32,448 bases of DNA, taken from assembly GCA_964508365.1 (NCBI GenBank), contig CAZDTP010000048.1, positions 1-32,448 on the forward strand, given 5' to 3'. The notes below the pieces were generated by a model. The model was not told the DNA's origin and searched no databases. It was given only the letters and a program-made list of their open reading frames with translations. Position 1 is the first letter of the stretch. Each line of letters opens with the position of its first letter. The DNA comes from an uncultured archaeon (GTDB lineage: Archaea > Asgardarchaeota > Lokiarchaeia > Sigyniarchaeales > SOKP01). Made by a program: the position numbers and the translations under genes. Shown piece after piece: positions 18,620 through 27,960 of this stretch.

Positions 18620-18863
18620 ATATTAATTTAGTTAAACAAGGTTATTTTTTAAATCACAATTTAATTTTGATATCATACAATTGATGCAATAATTTTAAAC
18701 TGAGTTTAATCTCAAGTTATTTTCAGACAAAAAATTAAAATTTTTGTTCATTCTTTTAAATAGGAACCTCTATTCATTATTATCTAAAGCATTTGATAAT
18801 TAAAGTTAAATACATAATTTATTATAGATCTTAACGAAATCAAAAATTTTTACTCTCCAATGA

Positions 18864-19970
18864 ATGAAAGCTTTTAACAAGGATGAATTAAAAAGGGAGT
18901 TAGTTCAACTAGAAGGTTGGGATTCGATAGGAGATTATCTCAAAAATGTTTATTATGACCAACATACTGACACTCATGTTTTATTCTATAAAGACAAAAA
19001 CCGTCAGTTACACAAATGGTTTCTGAGAAGACTTATTAAAGGAGCATGGTCTAAAGACAAAGAGAACCCACAAAACATTCATATATGGATTCCTCCAAAT
19101 TCTTATTGGGTCTATCCTTTGGAATTAGAAGTGCCATCCCTCCTGCTGGATGAACATAAAGAGAATTTTATTAGTTTATATGGGATAGGAAGTTTTTTCG
19201 ATGAAAATAAACCAGACGACTGGATTAGCAACGATATTGATTTTATTGCTGTAGTCGAAAATTTTGATAATATATCAGAAGATACATATACCTCTTCTAG
19301 GCATAAGAAAATGTTTATCGAAGAGAAAGAAGTTTTTATCGCCTTCCATACCATTGAAACCTTAAACTCTAAAGAACTCTTTAACTCAGTTTCTTTTGCT
19401 AATTTTGAATGGGCTTTACAGGAAATAAAGCTTCCAGAAAACTCAAAATTGTTATTTGGTCAGGATATTAGGGAAAAAATCCCTGAACTCAACGAAATAG
19501 GTCATGACTATGAGGATATTCTTCGGCGAGTATTTTATCACATGGAAATGAGTTATAAGATGGAAGAAAAAAAGGATGAAAACAAATCCAAGAGCGAATT
19601 CACCAAGAGCATCTTTAAATTCTCTTATTATCTAAGTGTCTTATTTGATCCCGATTTTCATTATACATCAAGCATTAAATCGGCACTAAAAGTAAAGGAA
19701 TTGTCCGAGCAAGGAAAAATCGGCGGGGAAATGCCCGATTTTATTGAAAATTCTATTTTGTTTAGATGTAAAAATGTGTTTATCAAGGATTTTAAAGAGA
19801 AACGAGAGCAATTCCTTGATTATTTATTCTCAATAGCAAAGAACGGAGTTCTCCATAGAAAGTTAGATTATCAGGATTTACTTAAATACCTCAAAGATAC
19901 TTATGAAGGATTAAATCATTTAATCGCAAAATTGGAATTGAAAGAGTCTGAAGGACTCTTACGGTTTTAA
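18864..19970 (+). CDS. Pol-beta-superfamily nucleotidyltransferase with an N-terminal extension and helical C-terminal domain
   Basis: ISLYGIGSFF...SNDIDFIAVV fits the hG[GS]...DxD NTase signature, followed by a helical bundle (HEPN/substrate-binding-like). Confidence 0.7.
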   Translation: MKAFNKDELKRELVQLEGWDSIGDYLKNVYYDQHTDTHVLFYKDKNRQLHKWFLRRLIKGAWSKDKENPQNIHIWIPPNSYWVYPLELEVPSLLLDEHKENFISLYGIGSFFDENKPDDWISNDIDFIAVVENFDNISEDTYTSSRHKKMFIEEKEVFIAFHTIETLNSKELFNSVSFANFEWALQEIKLPENSKLLFGQDIREKIPELNEIGHDYEDILRRVFYHMEMSYKMEEKKDENKSKSEFTKSIFKFSYYLSVLFDPDFHYTSSIKSALKVKELSEQGKIGGEMPDFIENSILFRCKNVFIKDFKEKREQFLDYLFSIAKNGVLHRKLDYQDLLKYLKDTYEGLNHLIAKLELKESEGLLRF

Positions 19971-19982
19971 ACGGAAACGCTT

Positions 19983-20135
19983 TTAGCCTGTAAATAAGTC
20001 CATAAAAATCTCAGCCGGTACCTCCCAATAGATTAAAACTGCCCAAACTGCGAATATTACGCTTGCAAAATTAAGCCCAAGGAACAAAAAATACATCCCT
20101 ACAAAACATTTAACGACATATTTCCAATTTTTCAT
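19983..20135 (-). CDS. Small membrane protein (50 aa), not in the ORF track
   Basis: Hand translation MKNWKYVVKCFVGMYFLFLGLNFASVIFAVWAVLIYWEVPAEIFMDLFTG*; long hydrophobic core. Confidence 0.6.
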   Translation of the reverse strand: MKNWKYVVKCFVGMYFLFLGLNFASVIFAVWAVLIYWEVPAEIFMDLFTG

Positions 20136-20255
20136 TTCAATTCTTTTTATTACCTTAATCTATATAAAAAAAAAGATCAGGTTGAATCAAAATTATTATT
20201 TGATATTCAAATAGACTGACGCGTAAGTGCTCAAAATTATTTATAAATCAAATAC

Positions 20256-20867
20256 TTATTTTTGTATATCTGCAATGATAGCTAGAAACTCTTCACGCAA
20301 TTTCTCTTTACTGATAAAATGAGAATAATGGGTAACACATAAGATTCTAAATTCATCTTTGAGATTTTTACGTAAAATATCATAGCTGTCTTTTCCTAGA
20401 GCAATTAAGATTGGATTTAAAGCCCCAATATCACAGAGTTCTTGTTTGAAGGATGAGATATTTTCTTTGGTAAAATCGGGATTTTTTCGAAGAAAACTCA
20501 TTATCTTTCCAGATACTTTCTCTTCAAAATTTTTGATAATGTCTGTCATATACGCACCCCATAAAGGAGTTCCTTGCAAAGCATAGCGCGTCTTGTAATC
20601 TTGTGCGGCTGAATAATTAGGATGAAAATTCGCAAACGGGTGTTCAAATTTTCGGGAAATGTTTAAAGCAACAAGGACAATATTTGGCTTAAGAGTTTTC
20701 AGTAATTCCATACTTGGATTATCAAAGAATGATATATCTCCCATTCCCGATTTGGCTTTTTCGGTTGATTTCCATTCGTTCCAGATAGCCCAAGATGACA
20801 TATGTCCATATTTGTTCTTAATGTTCTGAAATTTTTCGTAACTGACATTAGGGATATGTTCACTCAT
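20256..20867 (-). CDS. Uracil-DNA-glycosylase-like superfamily protein (divergent)
   Basis: Motif order NIVLVALNIS / GAYMTDIIK / ILIALGKD / CVTHYSH parallels the UDG-fold motifs. Confidence 0.6.
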   Translation of the reverse strand: MSEHIPNVSYEKFQNIKNKYGHMSSWAIWNEWKSTEKAKSGMGDISFFDNPSMELLKTLKPNIVLVALNISRKFEHPFANFHPNYSAAQDYKTRYALQGTPLWGAYMTDIIKNFEEKVSGKIMSFLRKNPDFTKENISSFKQELCDIGALNPILIALGKDSYDILRKNLKDEFRILCVTHYSHFISKEKLREEFLAIIADIQK

Positions 20868-20924
20868 TATTGAATTAATTTAATATTTAGAATATTTCAA
20901 ATTTGTGCAAAAAAGTCGAAATTA

Positions 20925-21173
20925 TTAAATTATGAGTTTATCGAAAAAGAGTTCTACCTTTTTAACGAGCAAATCTAGGCAGTTAGGATCACTCCACTCT
21001 TCTCCGGAAAGAAGCCCTTCCATTTTAGCTTCTAATTGTAAACCGTATTTGGCAACAACGCAAAACATTTGGTCTTGTAACTTAGTAAAATCCTTACAAC
21101 CTTTAATTTCATTGAGCGCTTCTTGCTTTAAGAACTCTCTTGCTTGGTCTTTTGTGAATTTGCAACTATTCAT
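20925..21173 (-). CDS. Small hypothetical protein
   Basis: 82-aa ORF co-oriented with its neighbours; plausible helical composition. Confidence 0.6.
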   Translation of the reverse strand: MNSCKFTKDQAREFLKQEALNEIKGCKDFTKLQDQMFCVVAKYGLQLEAKMEGLLSGEEWSDPNCLDLLVKKVELFFDKLII

Positions 21174-21462
21174 CGTAATAAAAGATTAGAGCAATAAACA
21201 TAAACTCTAGCAGAGTAACAAATTTTTAAAAATCTTATCATTTGATTTATTTGGAAAGGCAGTAAGTGAAGAAAAAGTTCCGAAAATAAAACCACCTGTA
21301 AGGAAAACTAAACCTTGGGAAAAAAAGAATAGTAAATTGCATATGACAAGAATTTAAAGAAGACGCTACAGTATTGTTGCAGTTTATATAAAATCAAAAG
21401 ATATTTAAAAATATTGTTAACATGTATATCATAACAATGGATAAAAAAAAGGTAGAAATTTA

Positions 21463-22157
21463 ATGTCTTATTTTGAAGGCGATTTTGGACAAGGAGTACT
21501 TGAAGCACTTAGAATTGCTAAAAAACATTTAATTAAAAGGAGTGATATGCACTGTCGGTTAATTGGGTAGAAGTTTATCAGTTAATTAAAACAATTGGTT
21601 CTGATATTAAAAAACATTACAAAGAAAAATATACAAAAGAACTTATTCCTTATATTGACGCTCTAGATATCAAAGAGAAAAATAAAGTTATAATAAAGAA
21701 GAATGTAGAAAATTTTATCAATGCAATAAGTAAATACGCGAAGGAAATCATGAAGTTAACGAATGATGATATTTCCAAATTAGCTAAATTTGATGCACTA
21801 TTCGATCTACTCCAGAATCCTGAGAATGATACTGTAGACGATGATATCAAAGAGGAATTGGGCGATGGTAGTATCTTTGATTATGCTCTTGGTAAGGATA
21901 TCCCAATAAAGGATATTTTTGATCTCTATGAGCAAACCCCTAAGAAGATTAGGTATAAATACTATGAACTAAACAATGACATGTGGAGCGATCTCATGGA
22001 AACTATGAAGAGAGCGCTTGGTAACATTAACCACTATTATAATGTTTATGAGTTAACAGATGATGTTTCTAGGATTTTCAATGATCAATTTATTAATTAT
22101 GTACTCGAAGGTTTAGATGTCGCTTCAATAGTAGGAGAAAAAAAAGAAAAAAATTAA
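21463..22157 (+). pseudogene. Hypothetical gene interrupted by one -1 frameshift near 21546 (or two coupled ORFs)
   Basis: ORF 21463..21570 (MSYFEGDFGQGVLEALRIAKKHLIKRSD...) overlaps a frame that is open from 21546 through the track ORF 21750..22157, adding 68 codons. Confidence 0.65.
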
Positions 22158-22322
22158 AAGAAAAAAATAGTAGATAATGATTTATTTTCTTAAGAGGCGT
22201 TTCTGGACAACAAAGTGGGTTCTTAACGGCGAACTGTGAGGAAAGATGGCTTTTATTGCCCGATCGTTGTTAGCCCAAATTGAAGTACCTTCAAAGTAAA
22301 AGAAAAAAAAACCCATTAGCTT

Positions 22323-22670
22323 TTAGCTCAAAAAATGATATCCTTGATTCGGCGAACCACCAGTAAAAAGGGATATAATGCCTGCTGGGTCTCCAAGAAC
22401 AAGTCCTATAACTAACAACATAATTCCCACCATTATTAACTTGGATCGCTTGATAATAATCCCACCAAGTAAAATAACGACCCCAAAAATAAGGGAATAT
22501 TGGCCAATGCTTTGTAGTGGTGTCAAGCTCGAACTGATGAGGTATCTAAAATTGCTCCCAAAATAAGGAAAGACAAACAAAAGAAATACGACGAAGCCTA
22601 ATAAAATCCACAAGACTTTAGAACTCTTCCTTCTCCCTCCTATTACTACCTTTTCCCTCCTACGGCTCAT
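22323..22670 (-). CDS. Small integral membrane protein (about 3 TM, basic N-terminus)
   Basis: MSRRREKVVIGGRRKSSK followed by three hydrophobic segments; preceded by an AGGAGGGG SD-like site. Confidence 0.8.
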   Translation of the reverse strand: MSRRREKVVIGGRRKSSKVLWILLGFVVFLLFVFPYFGSNFRYLISSSLTPLQSIGQYSLIFGVVILLGGIIIKRSKLIMVGIMLLVIGLVLGDPAGIISLFTGGSPNQGYHFLS

Positions 22671-22686
22671 CCGGCATTCTCCCCTC

Positions 22687-23346
22687 CTAAATGACTTTTA
22701 TAGAAGCGTGTGAAAAAACTTCTAACTCTTGAATATCGAAATTAACGTACTTATTTTGGGGGATAATATTCACTAGAAAGTGTAGAGTCAACATGTATAT
22801 CATCACAATTAAAAACGATATCCCCGAAAGTAACATCATTATCGAAACGTAATTAACATGTAAAGCTAATAAGGAACTGACCCCTATATAAGTGAATAAC
22901 ATACCAACTCCTAGAAATAACCAAAGACTTACGAATTCTCTCCTCTCGTGGGTATTATTAATCAATCTAGTGTACTCCTTCTGCAAAACGCTATTATTTT
23001 CATAAATACAATTTCTACATAAAATTTGATCGATCCTTAAAATTGTATTACTCCTAAAAGTAAGGTTTCTACATTCCCTAAGTTCTACATCGCCGATAAA
23101 ACAATTTTCAATTACAATGTTTTGGGAACCTGCTATTGAAAGCTTAGAAATAGTAAGATTCTTCAAAACAAGATAGACTCCTTCGATAAATATCGAAATT
23201 TCTATAGTTACGTCCCCTAAATCATCGATTACAATAGGCGAATCCTTCGTTCCTTCTCCATTAAATCCCAAGATATTCTTTAAATTCTCTATCGTTCTTT
23301 TTCTCAACCTATACTTTATACTTTTTTTATTCAACATTTTTAACAA
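22687..23346 (-). CDS. Membrane-anchored protein with a parallel beta-helix (NosD/pectin-lyase-like) region
   Basis: GEGTKDSPIVI motif, then repeated NIVIENC / NLTFRSN / NCIYENN strands and two C-terminal TM helices. Confidence 0.65.
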   Translation of the reverse strand: MLKMLNKKSIKYRLRKRTIENLKNILGFNGEGTKDSPIVIDDLGDVTIEISIFIEGVYLVLKNLTISKLSIAGSQNIVIENCFIGDVELRECRNLTFRSNTILRIDQILCRNCIYENNSVLQKEYTRLINNTHERREFVSLWLFLGVGMLFTYIGVSSLLALHVNYVSIMMLLSGISFLIVMIYMLTLHFLVNIIPQNKYVNFDIQELEVFSHASIKVI

Positions 23347-23472
23347 TACAAACCACCTTTTAATAATACTATAAACTCGTTTTATTTAAAAGGAAAAATA
23401 AAATAGAAAAATACAAAATGTTAGAATTGAAAGTTATTCAGTTAAAAAAAAATTATCTTCTACGACAAAATT

Positions 23473-23844
23473 TCATTTTTTTTTATCAGAATCTGGACCA
23501 TACTCATCTACCAGAAATTTTAGCGCTTCAACCTGTCTCTCTTCGGCCCATTTAGTCATAGAATTAATAACTTCGGTTAACTCGTAATTTTTCTCAGATT
23601 TAAGAATTTTATCATATTTATCAGAAAATGTTTCACCCAAAGCGTCTATAAAGCGATTTAAAGTCGTTGTAATCTTTTTAAGCCCTTCTCCGCCATAATC
23701 AAAACTACTATCCTTATTCTTCATTTTTTGATACTTTGGTAATATTTGATCCATTAATTTATCTAATAAAATTTTTAAATACATCCTATCTTGTCCTATT
23801 ACAGTTTCTAAATTAATCATACCTGGAATATCTCTATTCATCAT
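23473..23844 (-). CDS. Hypothetical helical protein
   Basis: 123-aa ORF co-oriented with the two membrane genes. Confidence 0.65.
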   Translation of the reverse strand: MMNRDIPGMINLETVIGQDRMYLKILLDKLMDQILPKYQKMKNKDSSFDYGGEGLKKITTTLNRFIDALGETFSDKYDKILKSEKNYELTEVINSMTKWAEERQVEALKFLVDEYGPDSDKKK

Positions 23845-24183
23845 TTTTTTATCAACCTAATTTTGTCTTTTTTTTAATTTTATTTTATTATATTATTATA
23901 GCTTAAATTTACTATAAAAATACTTCTTCGTCAATGTTAACACGCTCATTACGAAATACTCTTTTATAAAAAACCTAAATCTGGTTGACTACACGCTTAA
24001 TCCAATTACGGGAGTTCTAATACTTAAGGGCATTAAATTACGAATCATGAAACTTCAAAAAAACTGATGAAGGAATGAATTTTCCTTTATAAAGAATCAG
24101 CTTTAGGATGTCTACATATATAAAATAAAATTTTTAAACAAAAGCTATAGATGTGAAAAAGCACGAAAACAATAGTTAATGGC

Positions 24184-25071
24184 TTGTTAGATGTTTGCTA
24201 TCATTGCAACTCTATTTATATCTCTGAAATAAGTTCTGGGTATGTGTGTAGAACTTGTGGAACAGTTCAGCAATTGTTAAAATTTGAATCTAATACCCCA
24301 TTCAATGAGATACAATTTCGAACCCCTATTATTAAAAAAACTACAATAGGAAATGAAGGAGAACGAAAAATGGCTTCAGATGGTGGAAAGATGCAAGTTC
24401 TTAGTAAATTAGATGCAATTATACCATATAGCGAAAAAGTCTTGAACAGAGCCTCCTCTTTAGCTGATACAATCCTTGAAAAGCTAGGGCGATCAAAAAA
24501 AGACAGTTCAATAATTCTAAGGAAATTCATAGAAATTCTTCCTTATATCCCTTCTGGAACCACATTTCGGAACCCTGAGAAATGTATTCCATGCATTATC
24601 TATTTTCAGTATAAAGAAATGAATATCGTTATAGATTTAAACATGTTGCTTGAAATTTCAGCGATATCAAAATCTGATTTAAAGGAGTTTAGAAAGCGGA
24701 TGTGGCTATTTTGGCCGGGTTATGAAACGAGAGATCGTAAAAAATATATTCTTACAAAAATAGGGAGCGTTACAGGTTATGGAAAGCTATACAAACAATC
24801 AAAAAATATACTAGATAAATTTTGGGAAATAATTAAAGATTCTAAAGACGAAATATTGGCTGGTTTAGTGATAGGAATATCAATAACGCTTTCTAAAAGC
24901 AAACAACTAACTCTAAGGTCGATAAGCAACTCCTTAAATATTAGTCAGAGCTCGCTTCAAAATTCAATTCAAAGGAAATTGTTTGATCGCTTAGGTATCG
25001 AAAATAAGCTAAAAGGATTTAAAAAGCGGGTTGAATTCTTAGAAGAAAGAGGCTTCTTTAGGGATGAATGA
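24184..25071 (+). CDS. Divergent transcription factor B (TFB/TFIIB)-like protein
   Basis: N-terminal Zn ribbon CYHC...GYVCRTCGTV, TTIG linker, cyclin-like repeat (TFRNPEKCIPCIIY) and C-terminal HTH TLRSISNSLNISQSSLQ; 295 aa; TTG start. Confidence 0.8.
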   Translation: MLDVCYHCNSIYISEISSGYVCRTCGTVQQLLKFESNTPFNEIQFRTPIIKKTTIGNEGERKMASDGGKMQVLSKLDAIIPYSEKVLNRASSLADTILEKLGRSKKDSSIILRKFIEILPYIPSGTTFRNPEKCIPCIIYFQYKEMNIVIDLNMLLEISAISKSDLKEFRKRMWLFWPGYETRDRKKYILTKIGSVTGYGKLYKQSKNILDKFWEIIKDSKDEILAGLVIGISITLSKSKQLTLRSISNSLNISQSSLQNSIQRKLFDRLGIENKLKGFKKRVEFLEERGFFRDE

Positions 25072-25181
25072 GAAATGTGGATAAAAAATATCTTTTCCGA
25101 ATTTAATACTTTTTTTTGTTTTAAATAAAACTAGCTTATTAGTTTAGTAAGACTAAATAAATATTTTTAGAAAAGTTAACA

Positions 25182-25940
25182 ATGTTTGAAGAAATCATAT
25201 TTATGGTAGGTTTTGCGGTATTTTCAACAATTGCATCATACATTTGTTTAAAATATGCGCCCAATCCATTATACGCGATTTTTCGATGTATCGCCGTTGT
25301 TGGCATCATAATCCACGAACTTTCTCACGCTCTAATGTGTGTGGTAACCAACACTCGCATACGGACCATAAAATTACTAGAACGTTCAGATGGCAAGTCG
25401 GCTTTTGGTTTAAATTACGGAGGCAGAGTTGAATTGAAAGATTACGTCAGATTGTCGTTTTTACAAGCGTTGCTAATCGGCTTTGCACCCATTTATATTT
25501 CCTTTTGGCTTTTTTTCTTTTTATGGGGGCAATTAAAAACTCCAGGTCTAGATGTTCTAATTTTTTATGTTTATATTTTTGTTATGTTGTCGTTAGTATT
25601 AAGTGCTGCACCTTCATTTGCGGACATAATAGCGATATTCGGAGCGTTTCATTTTGACTGGAGATATTCCTTGTATCAAAGTGGTTTATCATTGCTATCA
25701 ATAACCACCGTTTGGCTTGTTGTTACCAATTACCAAATTAAAATTTTTCACGAAATTGTAACTTATGTATTAATTTTCGTAGGATATTACGGATATAGAA
25801 TTGGATTTAAAGGATTGAAGGGTTTGTATTCCCTTTTCTTTGCTAGGGGAAGTAAAAATAGAACAAAATATATGAAGCCAAAAGCTTTAACTCGAAGACG
25901 CTTTAAACACGCTAAAAATGAGAGAGAGGTTCAATGGTAA
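25182..25940 (+). CDS. M50-like (site-2-protease-type) membrane zinc metallopeptidase
   Basis: IIIHELSHALM (HExxH within a TM segment), GFAP, distal AAPSFAD Asp motif, and multiple TM helices. Confidence 0.85.
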   Translation: MFEEIIFMVGFAVFSTIASYICLKYAPNPLYAIFRCIAVVGIIIHELSHALMCVVTNTRIRTIKLLERSDGKSAFGLNYGGRVELKDYVRLSFLQALLIGFAPIYISFWLFFFLWGQLKTPGLDVLIFYVYIFVMLSLVLSAAPSFADIIAIFGAFHFDWRYSLYQSGLSLLSITTVWLVVTNYQIKIFHEIVTYVLIFVGYYGYRIGFKGLKGLYSLFFARGSKNRTKYMKPKALTRRRFKHAKNEREVQW

Positions 25941-25963
25941 ATTTTAAAAGAGGAAATTAGTAA

Positions 25964-27910
25964 ATGGAAATAGTGGGATATCAAGCAAAAATTAATATAA
26001 CGCAGGTTTTACCGTGTGTAGAAGAAAAAATAATCGGAAATCAAGAATTTGCGTTAAAACGGTTAATAAATGCTTCGTGGTTATATGATCCATTTGGAGA
26101 TAATTTGACTTATGGAGTAGAATTTGGAATAGGAAAGTATTTTTCTTGGGAATTTTATCTTTTTGCTGAAACTGTCGAAATGGCAGAAGAATTAGGAGGA
26201 GCCTTACTATATAATTTGCAAGAGAGGTATAGAGGATTGGATGGGCAAATGAGCGTGTATCCACTTTACTCAGAGTTTTTAGACATTAAGAGAAGCCTAT
26301 ATGAGCTAATTCTTCCCTCTAATCCTCCGTTAAAATTGCATTTTCTTAGGAAGATAATCAATTATTATAAAACACCTCAAAGAAAAATGGATGCAACCGT
26401 CTTTATTGTATGGAAAAGAGACGATTTACATGCAAGTCCCGATCCACTCAAATTTATGCTTAGAACTTTCGTTACTTTGAACCCCAATCCAGATTTCTCT
26501 ATGGATTTAGAAGAACGGGAATTAAAAACAAACGCAGTCTTAAGATACTTCGTTTCTGATATGTCTATACCGCCTTATCAGAAAGCAAAACATGATCTAG
26601 TGCCTCCAATTTTTTGGAGGAACGTTTTAACCACTGATGTGTTTCCCGAGAAACCCGAATATGGCCAACTACCCAGAGAGTTTATGCCCAATTATATTAA
26701 ACCTCATTTGATCGATTTCGATATTCCTCCTGAAATGCCTTTGTCAAAACCACCTATACTAGAAAACAGAAATACCGTCAATTTGGCGATTGATTTCAAT
26801 GATCCTAATTACGTATATGTCGGAACTAAAATGAACAAAGGAGTTTTAAGCACCGAATCAGGATTAATAGCAATAGATAGTCTTACTACCCATTTGAATA
26901 TTTTTGGAAAAACTGGGACGGGAAAGTCGACCTTAATAAAAATTCTGTTGCATCAGATACATAAGAAAAGACCAGATATTGGAATATTGATTCTAAATTT
27001 TGCAAAGCCCTATTTGGAAGACGATTATCCTATGGCCCATGTTTATAAGTTTCCATCTGAAAAATTTAGAGTACCTTATATTACACCTTTTGATAGAATC
27101 ATGATCTCGATTAAGGAATCGAGTAATGTTTTTGCTGCCTGTTTAGGATTAAAATATCTTGGACCAGGAATATTTTCTGAAACACTTCAACGTTGCTATT
27201 CAAAATTCAATAAATTTCCAGTAGATATTAAAGAATTCTTTAACTGTGTTGATGATAACATGAAAACAAAGTCTTGGGAACCAGAATTCAAGCAACATGT
27301 TCGTGCTACGTTCAAACGAAGGATTAATGAATTATTTTATAGAGAAGATCTTGAAGCTACGCTAAATCTCCTTGATGGTGCATGGAAAAATATTCCAGAG
27401 TGGTTTAAAAAATGGAAGGAAGGAGGAACCGTCTTAATTGATTTAACAAAGTGTCTAGAGGAGGAACAGCATTTAATTGGTATGTTGATTTTAACTATGA
27501 TTGAAAATTTGATTCCTATTGATAAAGAAAAATCAAATAGATTGAAATATCTCTTGATGTTAGATGAAGCTCATCGAATTTTAGGTAAACCAAGCGATGG
27601 ACACCCCGAATCTCCTGAATTCATAATGAAAGATAAAACAAATTCAATATATAAAAGAATTACACAAGAATCTAGAGCTAAAGGTTTAGGAATCATTACT
27701 GCTGATCAACACGCTCATTTGCTTCATAGTATCGCGATTGATTCAGCACGGACAAAAATTTTGTTCCAATTAGGATATCCAAGTAATCAGATTTTCACCG
27801 GAATAATGAACGAGCGAGAAATGTTATTAACACTTCAAGAAAGGTATGCTTTAGTCATAACAAACACTGAACGGTATTTATTGAGAACGGTAGATGATAA
27901 AATCCCCTAA
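25964..27910 (+). CDS. HerA/VirB4/FtsK-superfamily ATPase (DUF87-like) with an uncharacterised N-terminal domain
   Basis: THLNIFGKTGTGKSTL (Walker A), LLMLDEAHRIL (Walker B), and ESRAKGLGIITADQ (Arg finger and Gln motif). Confidence 0.9.
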   Translation: MEIVGYQAKINITQVLPCVEEKIIGNQEFALKRLINASWLYDPFGDNLTYGVEFGIGKYFSWEFYLFAETVEMAEELGGALLYNLQERYRGLDGQMSVYPLYSEFLDIKRSLYELILPSNPPLKLHFLRKIINYYKTPQRKMDATVFIVWKRDDLHASPDPLKFMLRTFVTLNPNPDFSMDLEERELKTNAVLRYFVSDMSIPPYQKAKHDLVPPIFWRNVLTTDVFPEKPEYGQLPREFMPNYIKPHLIDFDIPPEMPLSKPPILENRNTVNLAIDFNDPNYVYVGTKMNKGVLSTESGLIAIDSLTTHLNIFGKTGTGKSTLIKILLHQIHKKRPDIGILILNFAKPYLEDDYPMAHVYKFPSEKFRVPYITPFDRIMISIKESSNVFAACLGLKYLGPGIFSETLQRCYSKFNKFPVDIKEFFNCVDDNMKTKSWEPEFKQHVRATFKRRINELFYREDLEATLNLLDGAWKNIPEWFKKWKEGGTVLIDLTKCLEEEQHLIGMLILTMIENLIPIDKEKSNRLKYLLMLDEAHRILGKPSDGHPESPEFIMKDKTNSIYKRITQESRAKGLGIITADQHAHLLHSIAIDSARTKILFQLGYPSNQIFTGIMNEREMLLTLQERYALVITNTERYLLRTVDDKIP

Positions 27911-27960
27911 TTCAATGATATATAAATTGTTACATTAAAAGCAGAGGTTTTAAAATAAAA

